Below are positions 25,063 to 37,192 of a DNA stretch of 64,000 bases, one piece after another (the first letter of the stretch is position 1; each line of letters opens with the position of its first letter). The stretch covers positions 124,001 to 188,000 of the forward strand of contig NW_013547013.1 in assembly GCF_000711695.1 (NCBI RefSeq), read 5' to 3'. A program made the translations under genes and the position numbers. This DNA comes from Tilletiaria anomala UBC 951 (lineage: Eukaryota). The notes beneath the pieces were generated by a model, which was not told the origin of the DNA, searched no databases, and worked only from the letters and a program-made list of their open reading frames with translations.

Positions 25063-25157
25063 TGGGAGAGAGAGAGAGAGCGAGTGTGTGGGTGTGTGTG
25101 TCGGTGTGCGAGAGCAAATAGGGTTGCGACCCACAACACACACTCACACCCTCTCCC
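25063..25157. repeat. Compound microsatellite (GA)n/(GT)n followed by (CA)n/(CT)n in the divergent phosphatase/chitin synthase intergenic region
   Basis: Sequence reads gggagagagagagagagcgagtgtgtgggtgtgtgtgt ... cccacaacacacactcacaccctctccc. A further (CT)n tract lies at ~25510-25530. Confidence 0.7.
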
Positions 25158-25926
25158 TTAATAGCAAAGAATGTGTGACAAGCGCGCATTTGCCTTGGCT
25201 TGCTGTCCGCCGTCTGCGCCGCTCCTCTCCCCGACACCGCAAACACATACCCGTCTCTCCCAAAAGGAGAGCGTGCGCTGCTGCCTGCTTGCCTGCCTGC
25301 TTCTCGCGCTGCTAACCATCTCCCTTTCCTCTTTCATCTTCCTCCTCTTCCTCTAGCAACCCCATTCCGCTGTTCACACGCTACTTGGCACAGCACTGCA
25401 CAGCGCTGCATGGCACTGCGAGCGAACCCCCCCCACCCTCCTCTAACAGGCCCAGGTGGCCGCAGCCGCTTTGACCTTGATCCTGGCTTCATCCCTCTTC
25501 GCCTGCTCCTCTCTCTCTCTCGCTCTCTCTTGCATCTACTAGGCATCTCCTCGTCCTTTTCCTTATTCTCGACAGCGTCGATCACTCTGGCCCTGCTTGC
25601 AAGTCCACGGCTGCGCTACTTGGTCTCGAATTCACCGCCCAGTGCGTGCGAGCAAGCTAGCTAGCGAATGGACAAGCTGCCGTTGGACGCCCACTGTATA
25701 CCCTGCTACTTCTATCAAGCACCAACCATAGCGCTCGGGCACGGATTGCGTGTCGCTAAGCCCTTGCGAGAGCATATGAAGATCGACCTAGAGCGATTCC
25801 TCACCACTCAGCGGCTCTAGTAAGCCTACCCGGCCGAGCCGGGCCCACACTCTCCACTTTTCCACTCGGCCAGCGATTTATCCGGTACGCACGCACGCTG
25901 AAAAGGTAAAGGGAACGCCGCCCAGC

Positions 25927-28900
25927 ATGCCGAGCCGCAACGACCTGTCGTCCAAGACGTTCATCCGCAAACCCGGCACGCGGCCCCTGGACACGTCGAT
26001 CCCGATGCGGACCGAGATGCCGCCACCGCTGCGGCAGCCGACGACACGCGTGCAGCGCGCCAAGACGCTCACACGCCCAGAGCGCTCACAGCCGCAGCAG
26101 CCACTGATCAACCCATCCGGCACATCACCTGCATCGCCTGCCGGTGCGCGCACACAGCAAGGCGGCCTCAGCTGGTGGCGTGTCTTTGCGCGCCTCGTCA
26201 CCTTCTGGGCTCCCGGCGTGTTCCTCTCCGCCTGCGGACTCAAGGATGGCGCGTCAAAGCAGGCCTGGCGCGAGAAGGTCGCACTCGTCTTCCTGGCCAT
26301 GCTCGTCGGCGGCTTTATTGGCTTCATCACCATGGGCCTCAACGCCGCCTTTTGCACCGCCGCAGACGCCAGTGGTGCGGAAGACTATACGCACGTCGGC
26401 GACCCGACCGCCCACGGCACTCTCGGCATCAACGGCTGGATGTTCACAATCAACAGCGGCGAAAATCTGCGTAGCCCCCAGGAAAGCGGCGTCAACCTCT
26501 ACATGCTCGCCAATAGCGTCCCCGGCTACGACATTAGCACGCTCTTTAGGCGCCAGACGCCCGCGTGCCAGGGCATCTCTGGCGCCTTTGCCTCGCTCGA
26601 CCCGTGCAGCGTTGCCCTGCCTAACGGCCAGAATGCTGGCTGCGTCCAGGGCGACCTCTCGGACGACAACCTGCGCGCGTCCAGCTTTGTCAATACCAGC
26701 CGCAAGGTTGGCTTTGGCTGGGACACCGTCTCTAACGACACCTTTAAAAATTTTATGGTGCGTTCACGCTCACAGGCGGCCCGCATGGGCTACAGCCACG
26801 GCAGCGCTGACGATCCTCCTCCCTTTCTTTTCTTATGATGCTAATTTTGTGCATTGCAGGTCCTCGACGGTGATGTGCTCAACATGAACCCGTACATAGC
26901 GAAGTTCCCAAAGCCGATCGCCAACGACCCGGTCGACAGCATCATCCGCTCGCAGCTGCAGCAGATGGACTCCAAGTACGGCAAGGACGCGACGCGCTAC
27001 TTTTACACCCAGGGTAACTTCCGTGCCGAGGTCAACTGCCTACGCCAAAAGTACCTTGCCGGACAGATCGACAAGATTACCCCCGGTTGCTTCTTCAGCA
27101 AGCTGATTCTGTACGCCTCGCTCATCGTCATCCTCGGCCTCGTCTTCATTCGCTTCTTGATGGCGGTCTACTTTAGCTGGTTTATCAGCTGGCGCATGAC
27201 AAGCAAACCCAAGAACGCACGCGGCCGCACCGGCGTTGCGCTCAACCACATGCCCGAGGGTGCAATGACCTACGTCAACTCGGACGGCACCGCGCCATGG
27301 GCGAGCAAGCCCGGCGGCGGGCCGCGCATCGCCGACGCCGGCGCAGCACCAGGCAAGTATGGTTCGTCCCGCGGCTCCTCCTCCTCTGCCACGCTTAACG
27401 CCGCCGACATTGGCGACACGCCGTACATAGTCAACCTGATCACGTGCTACTCTGAGAACGAGGAAGGCATCTCCAACACCCTCTCCTCGCTCAGCGAAAC
27501 CAACTACCCGGACGAGCGCAAGCTGCTCTTCGTCGTCGCCGATGGCATGGTGACTGGCTCGGGAGAGACGAAGAGTACGCCGGACGTGTGCGTGGGCCTG
27601 CTGGACGCCGACGCGCGCTTCGGCACGCCGATCCCGATGAGCTTCATTAGCGTCGCGCAGGGCCGCAAGGCGCACAACATGGCCATGGTCTACGCGGGCC
27701 ACTATTCGCGCGGCCGCGGCCACCGCACACCCCTTATCATCGTCGTCAAGTGCGGCACGCCCGAGGAGGCCAGCAGCGCCAAGCCCGGCAACCGGGGCAA
27801 GCGCGACTCGCAGATGATCCTCATGAACTTTCTTCAGCGCGTCACATACAACGACCGCATGACCCCGCTCGACTTTGACCTTTTCCGCAAGATCCATGCC
27901 CTCATGGGCGTCACGCCCGACTTTTTCGAGCTCTGCATGATGGTCGACGCGGACACCAAGGTCTACCCCGAGTCGCTGCGAATTCTCTCCGACTGCATGA
28001 TGCACGATCCGCTCATCATGGGCGCTTGCGGCGAGACGCGCATCGCGAACAAGCTCAGCAGCTGGGTCACTATGATCCAGGTTTACGAGTACTTTATCTC
28101 TCATCATCTCACCAAGTCGTTCGAGAGCGTCTTTGGCGGCGTCACTTGCCTTCCTGGCTGCTTCAGCATGTACCGCATCAAGGCACGCAAGGCGGCTGAC
28201 GACGACTGGGTCCCCGTCATCGTCAAGCCAGAGGTGACGCGCGAGTACAGCCAGTCGACTGTCACGACACTACACCAGAAGAATCTGCTCCTGCTCGGCG
28301 AGGACCGCTTCCTCACCACGCTCCTGTTGCGCACCTTCCCCAACCGCAAGATGGTCTTCTGCCCCAGGGCCAGGTGCAGGACAGAAGTGCCACACACGTT
28401 CAAGATGCTCCTGTCCCAACGCAGGCGATGGATCAACTCCACCGTCCACAACCTCATGGAGCTCGTCCTGGTCCGCGACCTCTGCGGCACGTTCTGCTTC
28501 TCCATGCAGGTGTGTTGCCTCGAGAGCTGTGCCCACAGCTTGCCTTCTTCAGCAGCTGACATTGCTCTCGATCCCTCTTTTTCAGTTCATCGTGTTCATG
28601 GACTTGATTGGAACAGCGTCGCTGCCCGTTGCCATCGGACTGACCTACACTCTCATCGTCACCTATTGCCTCCACCCGCCCCATGACTTTAGCACGGCGA
28701 TCCCGCTCATGCTGCTTGTCGCCGTCATTGGTCTTCCGGCTGTGCTGATCCTGCTCGCCACGCGTAAGGTCGTCTACGTGCTGTGGATGCTCGTCTACCT
28801 CTTGGCGCTGCCCGTCTGGAACTTTATCCTCCCGATCTACTCTTTCTGGCACTTTGACGACTTTTCCTGGGGCGAGACGCGCAAAGTCGAGGGTGAGGGC

Positions 28901-29701
28901 AAGGATACAGGGCACGGCGACGATGACGGCACATTCAGCGCGAGCAGCGTGCCGCTGCGCAGATGGGAGGACTGGGAGCGCTCACGCCTCAAGAAGCTCG
29001 CGCGCGAGGCGCGCAGGCGGCAAGAATTTGAGCGCCAGTTTGGCAAGGGCTTCTACAACGAGGAGAAAGACCATCAGGACCAGTATCTCGACCCCAAGAG
29101 CCAGTTGCGCAACAGCTTCGACTCGAGTGACGCAGCGAGCGACTTTGAGGAGGACAAGTGGGGCGCACAGATCGGCGGCTACGACGAGTCGCAGCCGCCA
29201 CCGCCTCTCGCCATCGTCCGGCATTCTGTCTTTGTCGATGGTGAGAACACCCTCGTTGGCGCGCAAGACATGGAGGAGATGCTCGAGAAGGGCTGGGACG
29301 AGGATGGAAAGCAAGGAGGAGGAGGATGGGGAGGAAACGACTGGCGCAAGGAAAATTCCTTCTCGCCTTATCCACCCATGCCGCGCTTACCTGCGCAGTA
29401 CGGCCCGGTGGGGAATGGCGGCTACAGACAGCCGCCATCACGAGGGCCGCCTGCAGGGCACTATGCGCCAGACGGAGAGGAGCGGGTCGCGCTCATGCAG
29501 GACCGGTACCAGGATGGCGGTGGTGGGGACTATCGTGCACACACCACCGGTGTCAACCGAGGCGCGTCGGGCGGGCAGCAACAGCACGCACGCAATCGTT
29601 CACAACCTCAAGTCAATCCATTGGGAGGAGATCCGCCAGGCGGATCAAACGGCTACGCCCATCCGTCGCACATGAACAATGGTCACGTGGACTATCGGTA
29701 G
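25927..29701 (+). CDS. Chitin synthase, division 2 without a myosin head (class IV / Chs3-type); introns ~26758-26859 and ~28510-28585
   Basis: Motifs 'AWREKVAL', cytochrome-b5-like 'GKDAT', 'TCYSE', '[11 protein letters not shown]', 'MVDADT', '[11 protein letters not shown]', 'LLGEDRFL', '[10 protein letters not shown]' and '[10 protein letters not shown]'. Confidence 0.95.
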
Positions 29702-30194
29702 TTCTTCCGTGTTCTTGGGACGGCTCGATATCCCTCAGCTTGAACTCGACTCGACAACCTCATCCCTTCCCCCCTCCTGCTCCACATCCAGCATCAGCAT
29801 AGTTTTGGGATGGAAAGATTTACCAGTCGTTCCTTGGGCAAGTTTACCCTTTTAGTCGACATATCGCGAATGCACCCTAGGACTGCGTTTGTACCTCGTC
29901 AAGATACGCCCACAACGCTCATTTTTGGCAGTAATAGACCCCAATGTATTTGTTTTGACACAAACAGTACGAACTTGGCTCCATCTCTCGTCCCGCTTGG
30001 GCCTTTGCGCGAGATAGATCGTATGATATGCGCTCGCATGCATGGCCGCTATGGAGGTTTCGGCGGAGGTTTGTTATGCAGGTTCAAATGCGCGTTGCTA
30101 CATTGAAAATGATGGCACACGTCTAGAATGGGTCTCCGGTCGCTCATCTCCCCGTTTGCGCTGAAAGCCGTGCCGCGTGAATTGCAGCGTTTGC

Positions 30195-32469
30195 TCAAGC
30201 AAAGCCGAAACCAGTGCCACCCTCCACCATGGCGGTTAGTAGCTGCGATCGAAGCTTTTCATAAGTCTCATAAGCGGGCAGGTCCAGCTGGTTGAAACTA
30301 CCAAGGTTAAAGGGTATGGCGTTGTTAGTCATCTGCGGCTTCGGCGTACGCACAAGGGCCCGATAGCTCACCAGGTATGCGCTGTCGGCAAGCGATTCTC
30401 GCCGTACGCTTTGTGGATGTTGAAGCGCTGGTTTCCCTGGACACCCTGCAGAGCCTTGAATCCCTCGATTGGCGTCTTGCTGGTACCCGTGATGAACTGT
30501 AGTAGGTTCGCCTTTTGCGTCTGGTCAAAGGACCGCACCGCCCTCCAGAACCATTGGATAACTGGATCACCAGACGAATACCCGTGCAGCTCTGTGTTGT
30601 TCTTCCAGTCGTCCACGTTAATATCTGGAAGACCAGAGATGAGCAACTCAAGCTCTTGCTCGTTGAATATGCGGATGAGATCGACTGGAATAATGTCGTG
30701 GAAGCCTTCTAGGAACGCGTCGATCTGTAGGACAAGATCTCTTCATTACTTATGGTACGCGGTGCCAGCAAGTCTTGACTACGCACCTGCTTTCTGATGC
30801 TTTTCGTGAGCCGCTGCTCTGTAATCAACTTCACATATTCGACCTTGTTCTCCTCAGTCACAGCAATGTCCTTGCCGCCGGGCTTGAGCTCGATCGTCTT
30901 CGCTTCTCCAAAGTCCTCTGCATCCACGCTGAATGTCAAGTCGAGTACGCCGGTGATGTCATTGTTGAGCATCCACTCGAGCGACTTGAAGTACTCTGGG
31001 TCTACTGCCTCGATATCCCGATAATCGACTGCCTTGCCTAGGATGTGCTTGTAGAATGAGCGGCTAAAGTATGCATCGAGCAGCCGGCCGTCGTAGATAG
31101 CCTTGCCTATGATCCTGCCAACAAACTTGAAGAAGGACAGGTGATGCTCGTTGATCCAACTCATGCGATTCGGCTGAAATGTTGTGCGGTCTGCCGCGCA
31201 GGGAGCGAACAATGCGTAATCAGGGTTGAACATCGCGCGAGCAAGCACAGAGAACCATTCGCGCGTGACGCCTCCTGCATCTACACCCTCTTCCCCGTGG
31301 AACCTGACGTTGAGCTTGCCATGCTTAATTTCTGGACCTGTATACCGCGAAAAGAAGCGATAGGAGTCGTAGAAGATCTCGGATCTCCTGATCGACATGC
31401 TCAGTGTGGTGTAGTGCTCTCGCCGCCCCTTGTGCAACTGCTGCGAAAAGTAAGTGCGCTTGTTGTCAAAGTCCAGGCCCTTTGGGTTCTGTACCATCAG
31501 GGAGAAAGAGCCCGACATGAGCGATGGGTTCTGCCGCACCATCGCGTTGAGTATCTTGCGGTGCTTTTCGGTGAAATTGAAGAACGTGTCGGCCATCACC
31601 TCGCGTGCTGTCCTCGGTTCTAGTGGCCGCTCGAGAGATGGTGACATCGAGCCTGATCGTAATGCTCTTTGCGCAGCTAGGGTCTCACCCGCTGCGACGT
31701 GCTTGGATACCACCATCAAGCTCTGAGCGGAGCCCAGTGCATGTCAGTGGCATTCGTCCAGGCGTGCTCTCATGTAGCGACTCACTTCAATCAGCGGTAG
31801 CAGAATTTGAGCTGCACTAGAGTCATCCTCGAGCCTGGTTAGTGCCTCACTGAGCTTTTCCCATAGCGGTTCGAATTGGAAGCTCTCGTAAATCTTCGCG
31901 AGCTTTGCCTCATTCTCTTCTGCTTGCTTTCGAGCCGCCTCAATCTCCGCTTTCGATTGCTTGGATGAGCCTGCGCCAGAGCTGGACGCATGTCCATTTG
32001 GAGGGCGCAGTGACGATGAGCCAGTGCCCAAACTTCTTGCATACAACATCGCATCTGATTCGGTAAAAAAAGGACGAAGCTCATCCGTTGAGACCTCTTC
32101 TCCGCCATCACCAATCGGGTGCGGCCCCCCGATGGACACGAGGGCTGGCATGAGGGCCATACCGCCGTTTCCCAATATCGCCTGACTGCTCCCTAAACTC
32201 GATCCGCCGAAGGAGCCACCAGCGAGGGCAGATCCTAGCAAGTCGCTAATACTGGGCATTGCGATGAATGGCACACCTGGCGCAGATCCTTGCCCGCTGC
32301 CACCTTCTCTGTTTCCACCATTGCTTCCACCACCGCTACTACCACCCGCCCCCGCTTCGTTGCTGCCGTACTGCCTGAACGAGTGACGAGTTTACAAAGA
32401 ACGCAGGTGAGCGGCGAGACAAGGTGTTCAAACGCGGTCACCGAGCAAGTCAACCGCTCACCTCGGCAT
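30195..32469 (-). CDS. Tom1/HUWE1-type HECT E3 ubiquitin ligase, N-terminally truncated (~662 aa); exons 32469-32462, 32374-31786, 31722-30787, 30724-30372, 30297-30195
   Basis: Tom1-type C-terminus 'LLPLIE|SLMVV', '[24 protein letters not shown]', 'LDFDNKR', '[15 protein letters not shown]', catalytic 'LPTAHT|CFNQLDLP' and '...GFGFA*'. The five exons sum to 1989 nt with no internal stop. Confidence 0.85.
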
Positions 32470-33034
32470 GATCTCGGCACGAAGGGAAGCTCGCCTTGCA
32501 AGCGTTTGCACGCGACCGACACAGAACACGTCGGGAATGTGATGTGTTTCTCGAAGTCACAGAACCTCAACTTTTGATGACAATGATGCAATGTTGATCT
32601 GCATATGCGCATGAAGGCAGCAACGAAACCTGCCAACGCGAGGAGCATGACCAACAAAAAGACATCCTCGCCCCTCGCGTCGCTTCATGTCATTAATTTA
32701 CCTATGACCACTCTCTTGCTCTCACAGATCTCATGCGTGTTGCCGACCGCCTGGGCGCACCTCTCAGAACCCTAAATGCAATTTCACTTTTACACATGTT
32801 GGCATGGGCATACGCCATTCCACAGTTACACAGTGTTACCTAGGAATCGAGTCATGTCTGGGCTCTGGTGCATCATGTACTCATTCGTAAATGTATCATC
32901 GAACTCCCAGACAAGTATGAGAACTCGCTCCGGTCGGGCCTAGCGCTCATGAATACGAGCATGCACACGCAGGTGGCAGACGTGAAACGTTCTGAAGGGG
33001 CCCCCGGGTGGGAGGGGGGGGCTAAGTACATGGC

Positions 33035-34618
33035 TCAGGGTATAGCCCAAGCAGCATCGACGGTGGTCTTGTAGCGAACCTCACCCGTTAAGAAACGAAT
33101 GTATGTCTGCATGCTGTTGCCAACATCTTTAAGCGAAAATAGGAAAATTCGAGATCCATGATTCCAATTGTCGTAATCGTATCTTCAATGAACGAACATT
33201 CGTCCTGTCGTCAGAATGGTGTCGACGAAGTGTGAAGGGATGAATTCGCTGGACTCACCCGCCAAAGCCACTGTGCTTTGCAAAACAGACCGGCACGATC
33301 TGCTTCTGGCGCGTCTGCAAGTTGGAGGGTGCGCACTGCAGGTGCTCCGGATACCCATCATGGCGCTTTGTCAGCAGCAAGCCGAGCACGATATGCCACA
33401 CTGTCCACATCCCCATGCGACGCACCCAATCATTTCCATGCTGGTGGCCGCTGACAATTGCATGTACCCTAGCATTACCTGCAGCGCTCTGCAGAAATGA
33501 TATGAGCGCAACTAGATCCTGGCCTGTGTAGTTGTACGGACTCTCCCCGCCTTGTCCTTCGAACCCGCTATCATCGTTAAGGCCAGGATACTTTCTGTTC
33601 TCCGTCGTGTAGTTTTGCGGTGTCTCGTCTGTTACACCACCAACTTGCAGAGAATACGGTTCGGTCTGCTGTGTTTCAGCCGAAGCGTGGGGCGGAATGT
33701 GGACGAAGACGAGAGATGGTGGCACTGATGTCCACGCAGTCTGCATGCCATCGACTTGACTGTGGACCCATTTGGCCACGCTTTGGTCGATCCAATCTGG
33801 GATCTGAGTATTGTTAAACTTCTTCATTGTCTTTCCGCTTCGAGAGTCGAAGAACCAGAGAAGCAGCTCCGGTCTCGAACCTCTTTGAGCTGACGCGTTG
33901 CCGTAGATCGGGACCCAGTAATTGTCGCTTCCTGTACCGGCTTGTGCCGCCCCAGAGCCAGAGCCGACACCTGCAGGAGCCTTGCGGGTGTAACTGTGAG
34001 CGGGAAAATGGTTCCGTTCATAGTCTGTGATCATGGCATGGGTAGAATAAACATCATTGTCGTGGTTCCCTTTCGTTGTACTGAATGGCACGCCAGCATC
34101 GCCTTATAAGGGAAGACTGTGTCAGGAATGCACATTGGACCAGGCGATCGACTCATTCCGGACCCACGCATAGGGCCGAGAATTTGCACGACGGCATCTT
34201 CGACATCCTCAGTCGTTTTTGCAGCCTCCCCGCTGACCAAATCGCCGAGGTGGACGACAAAGTTTGGCCTTTCCCACTTGAGGCACGTTGCAACGGCTGC
34301 AGTTGACTGAGCAGCGAGGATTTGCGAGTTGTTCTGCCCGTCGAGCAGATGTGTGTCGGTGACGACTGCAAGCTTAAAGCTGCCATCACTATTGAATGAA
34401 AGCTGGGGAAGGTACGGGTAAGGGTCCGGCTGGAACGCGGCATCGCTGTTGCTCTGTACATTCCTAGGGTCCGATGTGGCTCGACTCCACGACTCGTGTC
34501 GAGCAGGAAGCGGGCGTTGTGATGGAAGAATGGCTGTCGTCGCGAGGGTGGCACTGAGCAGGATGAGCATACCTATAGTCGGAAAGCAAGAGAACGCAGA
34601 AAGAGCAACTCGGTGCAT
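33035..34618 (-). CDS. Calcineurin-like metallophosphoesterase (Dcr2/PAP-like), probably secreted, multi-exon; start at 34618 or 34570
   Basis: Metal-binding motifs 'VTDTH', 'HLGDLVSGE', 'KGNHD', 'FVHIP', 'SGHQHGNDW' and 'KHSGFG|GY'. Hydrophobic N-terminus 'MLILLSATLATTA'. Last exon ends '...VDAAWAIP*'. Confidence 0.85.
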
Positions 34619-35369
34619 GGCGGCGGTCATGCAAAGGAGAAGCAGACCACGAGCACCGGACTGTCGACTGGCGGTGCGAGGGAGACAGGCGATACTGGAG
34701 TTCACTGTGTCAAGACGTACCAAACCGCCTTCAATCTATTTCAGTGGGGTATGCGGTCCACCCTCGGACAAAAGGCGCACCCCTGCACTACATACCCAGT
34801 CTCTCACATGCTCATAGGCCTCAATATAATGCCCCAACATGGCACAAGCGCAACCGCGAAAGCAGGGTGAAATGATGCACATCTTGACAAATGTGTCCTG
34901 GTGTTGATCATTGACCTCCAATGTGTCATTGCTAGGACCCCTGGCGCACGTGACTGCTTTGGCGCTAAAAGTTCGGTCGCAAGGGGCGATCAACCGCAGT
35001 ACTCCAGAGTTTATACAACACAGAGCATCTGTAGCGAGGCCAGTTGCGAAAGTCGCGACGCGTCTTGACGTCACGCAAGAAACATGTACTTGACTCATAC
35101 GATTGATGAAGCTTGATGCGTTGGCTTGGGAGGGGATAATGGCCATTGGTCGGTCACCCGGCCCTGCCACGACGTCGGTTGGGTGCGAGCATGTCATGCT
35201 TGTTGGTCGTAGTGGTGCACTCACGGCTTCTCTCTTTAACACAGGTTACGGCAAACCAGCATTCAACGTGGAGATTTGACCTGGAGGCGCTGCAGTTGGA
35301 TGCTCTCGCCCCAGGCAAGGGTGTCCGTCTCAACCTCGAACGCTCTCATCTCCATTCTGCAGTCAATAT

Positions 35370-36340
35370 GCTCGAATCTCGCCGAAACCTTCACGCAGAT
35401 ATCGTCAAATAAATGGAAGGCCACCGACACCGCTGCCAAAAGAATGTGGCTGTCGCGGCTGCTGTTGGACAAGCTCCCCTCCTGTTGGCCAAGCTTTCGG
35501 CGAAGCTGCTAGCTTGGATGACAGCTCTCGAGCGCTTCGCAGGGCATATATGATCGAAGAAGGCGATAGAGCGGAAGAGGGAGGCGTGCATCGAGCTGGG
35601 CCATCATCCCCTTGGTATATTCGTTTGGCAGGTCTGAGGGTGGGAAGCATGCTTAACTTTTCACAGACTTGAAGGATATGGGGGGTAGCAGGCATGGTGT
35701 GCAGGCACAAAAGCCCTTGGCCCGCAAATTAGTGCCCATACACAAGTACGGAACCAGTGAATCGGGAAAGTTTGGCCTTGATAGGCCTACATTCTGTGGA
35801 GATGCTGAAGTCCACTGGTTCATCATGCGGTTTGCAAGCGTTCGGTGTCTGAAAAGCGATCATCGTATTTGGTATGGTGAACGAAAACAAGACAACATGT
35901 GGGAAGCAACGTGGTCTATACTCTGGGCTGACTGCCGCATTGCCGACCGGATCAAGCGCATCGGAGACCTGTTTCTTGTCCGACTGGGGTCCTAGTTTCG
36001 CCGCAAGGTTTACTCTCTGCTCTTGTCTTCCTTTCTTACCCCTCAGATCAAGCCCGCCATCTTGCACGGTGACTTGTGGGCCGGAAATGCGGGCACGAAC
36101 AGCAAGACAGGCGAACCTGAAATCTTTCACACACCCAGCTACTACGGACACGGCGAGGTGGAGCGCTGCATGATGCGTATGTTTGGTGGGCTCACGCAGG
36201 GCTGCTTCCATATGCGTACCACGAAGTTCTTCCGCGGTCGCAACCCCATCACGAACAGGGGATACAGCTCGTAGAGCTGTACCATCATCTCAACAACGCA
36301 TACCTCTTTGGGGACGGATACAAGAGCGGGGCATCGAGCA
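35370..36340 (+). pseudogene. Fructosamine-3-kinase (ketosamine kinase) family pseudogene
   Basis: Fragments lie in different frames: 'QAFGEAASL' (~35490), 'KDMG...LARKL...GKFGLDRPTFCG' (35669 ORF), 'QDNMWEATW...RIAD' and 'PAILHGDLWAGN...SYYGHGEVE...MFGG' (36023 ORF). After a frameshift near 36210 it continues 'YHEVLPRSQP...LYHHLNNAYLFG'. Confidence 0.8.
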
Positions 36341-37192
36341 TCATGAGAACGCTCATCACGTGATAAGGAGCGGCGGAGCGCTGACAAGATCGAGCTGTAA
36401 TGATAAGCCAGCACACACGCATGATACGAGCATACAATTGCATATCTGTGATGCTATTGGTTGGGCATGCTGGCCTATATTTGTAAGTAGTGACACCTTG
36501 AGGTCAATCACAACACAAGTGGCTCTCGATGGTAGTCCTCTATGAGGCAGTGTTACATCCTCTGCATCGGCTTGTCCTCCTATGGTCCGACGCCCAATCA
36601 GTGTCAGAGCTTCTGTTGATTTTGGCATCAAACATTTGAATCTGTACCACACATGCTGCGTTGGTGGATGGGTAAAATGTGAACGAACCATTGATGATTG
36701 ACACGGGACAAGTCGAACAAAAGCATGGGCCGCTGAAAGTACATGGGGATTTTGATTTAACTTCGGATGTGACTTGCAAGAATGGAGAAAGCGAGGAGAT
36801 AGAGATTGAGCGGACGAGCAACAACAACACAAAAGAAACAAGGAGGGAATGCCGAATGGACGACATCAGACAAGGCACGAGAGGAGGTTTTGACTTCGAG
36901 CGAGAGCCAAATAGCATTCACCGCAGTTGTCCAAAGTCCACGCTTTGAATACATCATCGTCCGCTCGAGTCTCTCGCATTCTTTCCATTGGCATCTTTGG
37001 ACCTCGTACTGCATTCTATTGACCGGCTCCATCTCTTGAGGCTTCCATTTGATGAGTCACGACTGTATACACATCTCTCTCTCCTCTCCTGCCTCTGGTT
37101 CGCCTCACACACATACTCTTCTACCCCTGCTGGCCGGGCTCGTCGTTCTTTGAATATCGCGCTTCTGACACGGCTGTGCTGTGCATACAATC

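Noticed and set aside
17993..28107. Long antisense ORFs (17993-18949, 22319-23305, 23578-24420, 27040-28107) as overlapping genes
   Set aside because: They are expected from stop-codon scarcity opposite GC3-rich genes and show no recognisable domains.
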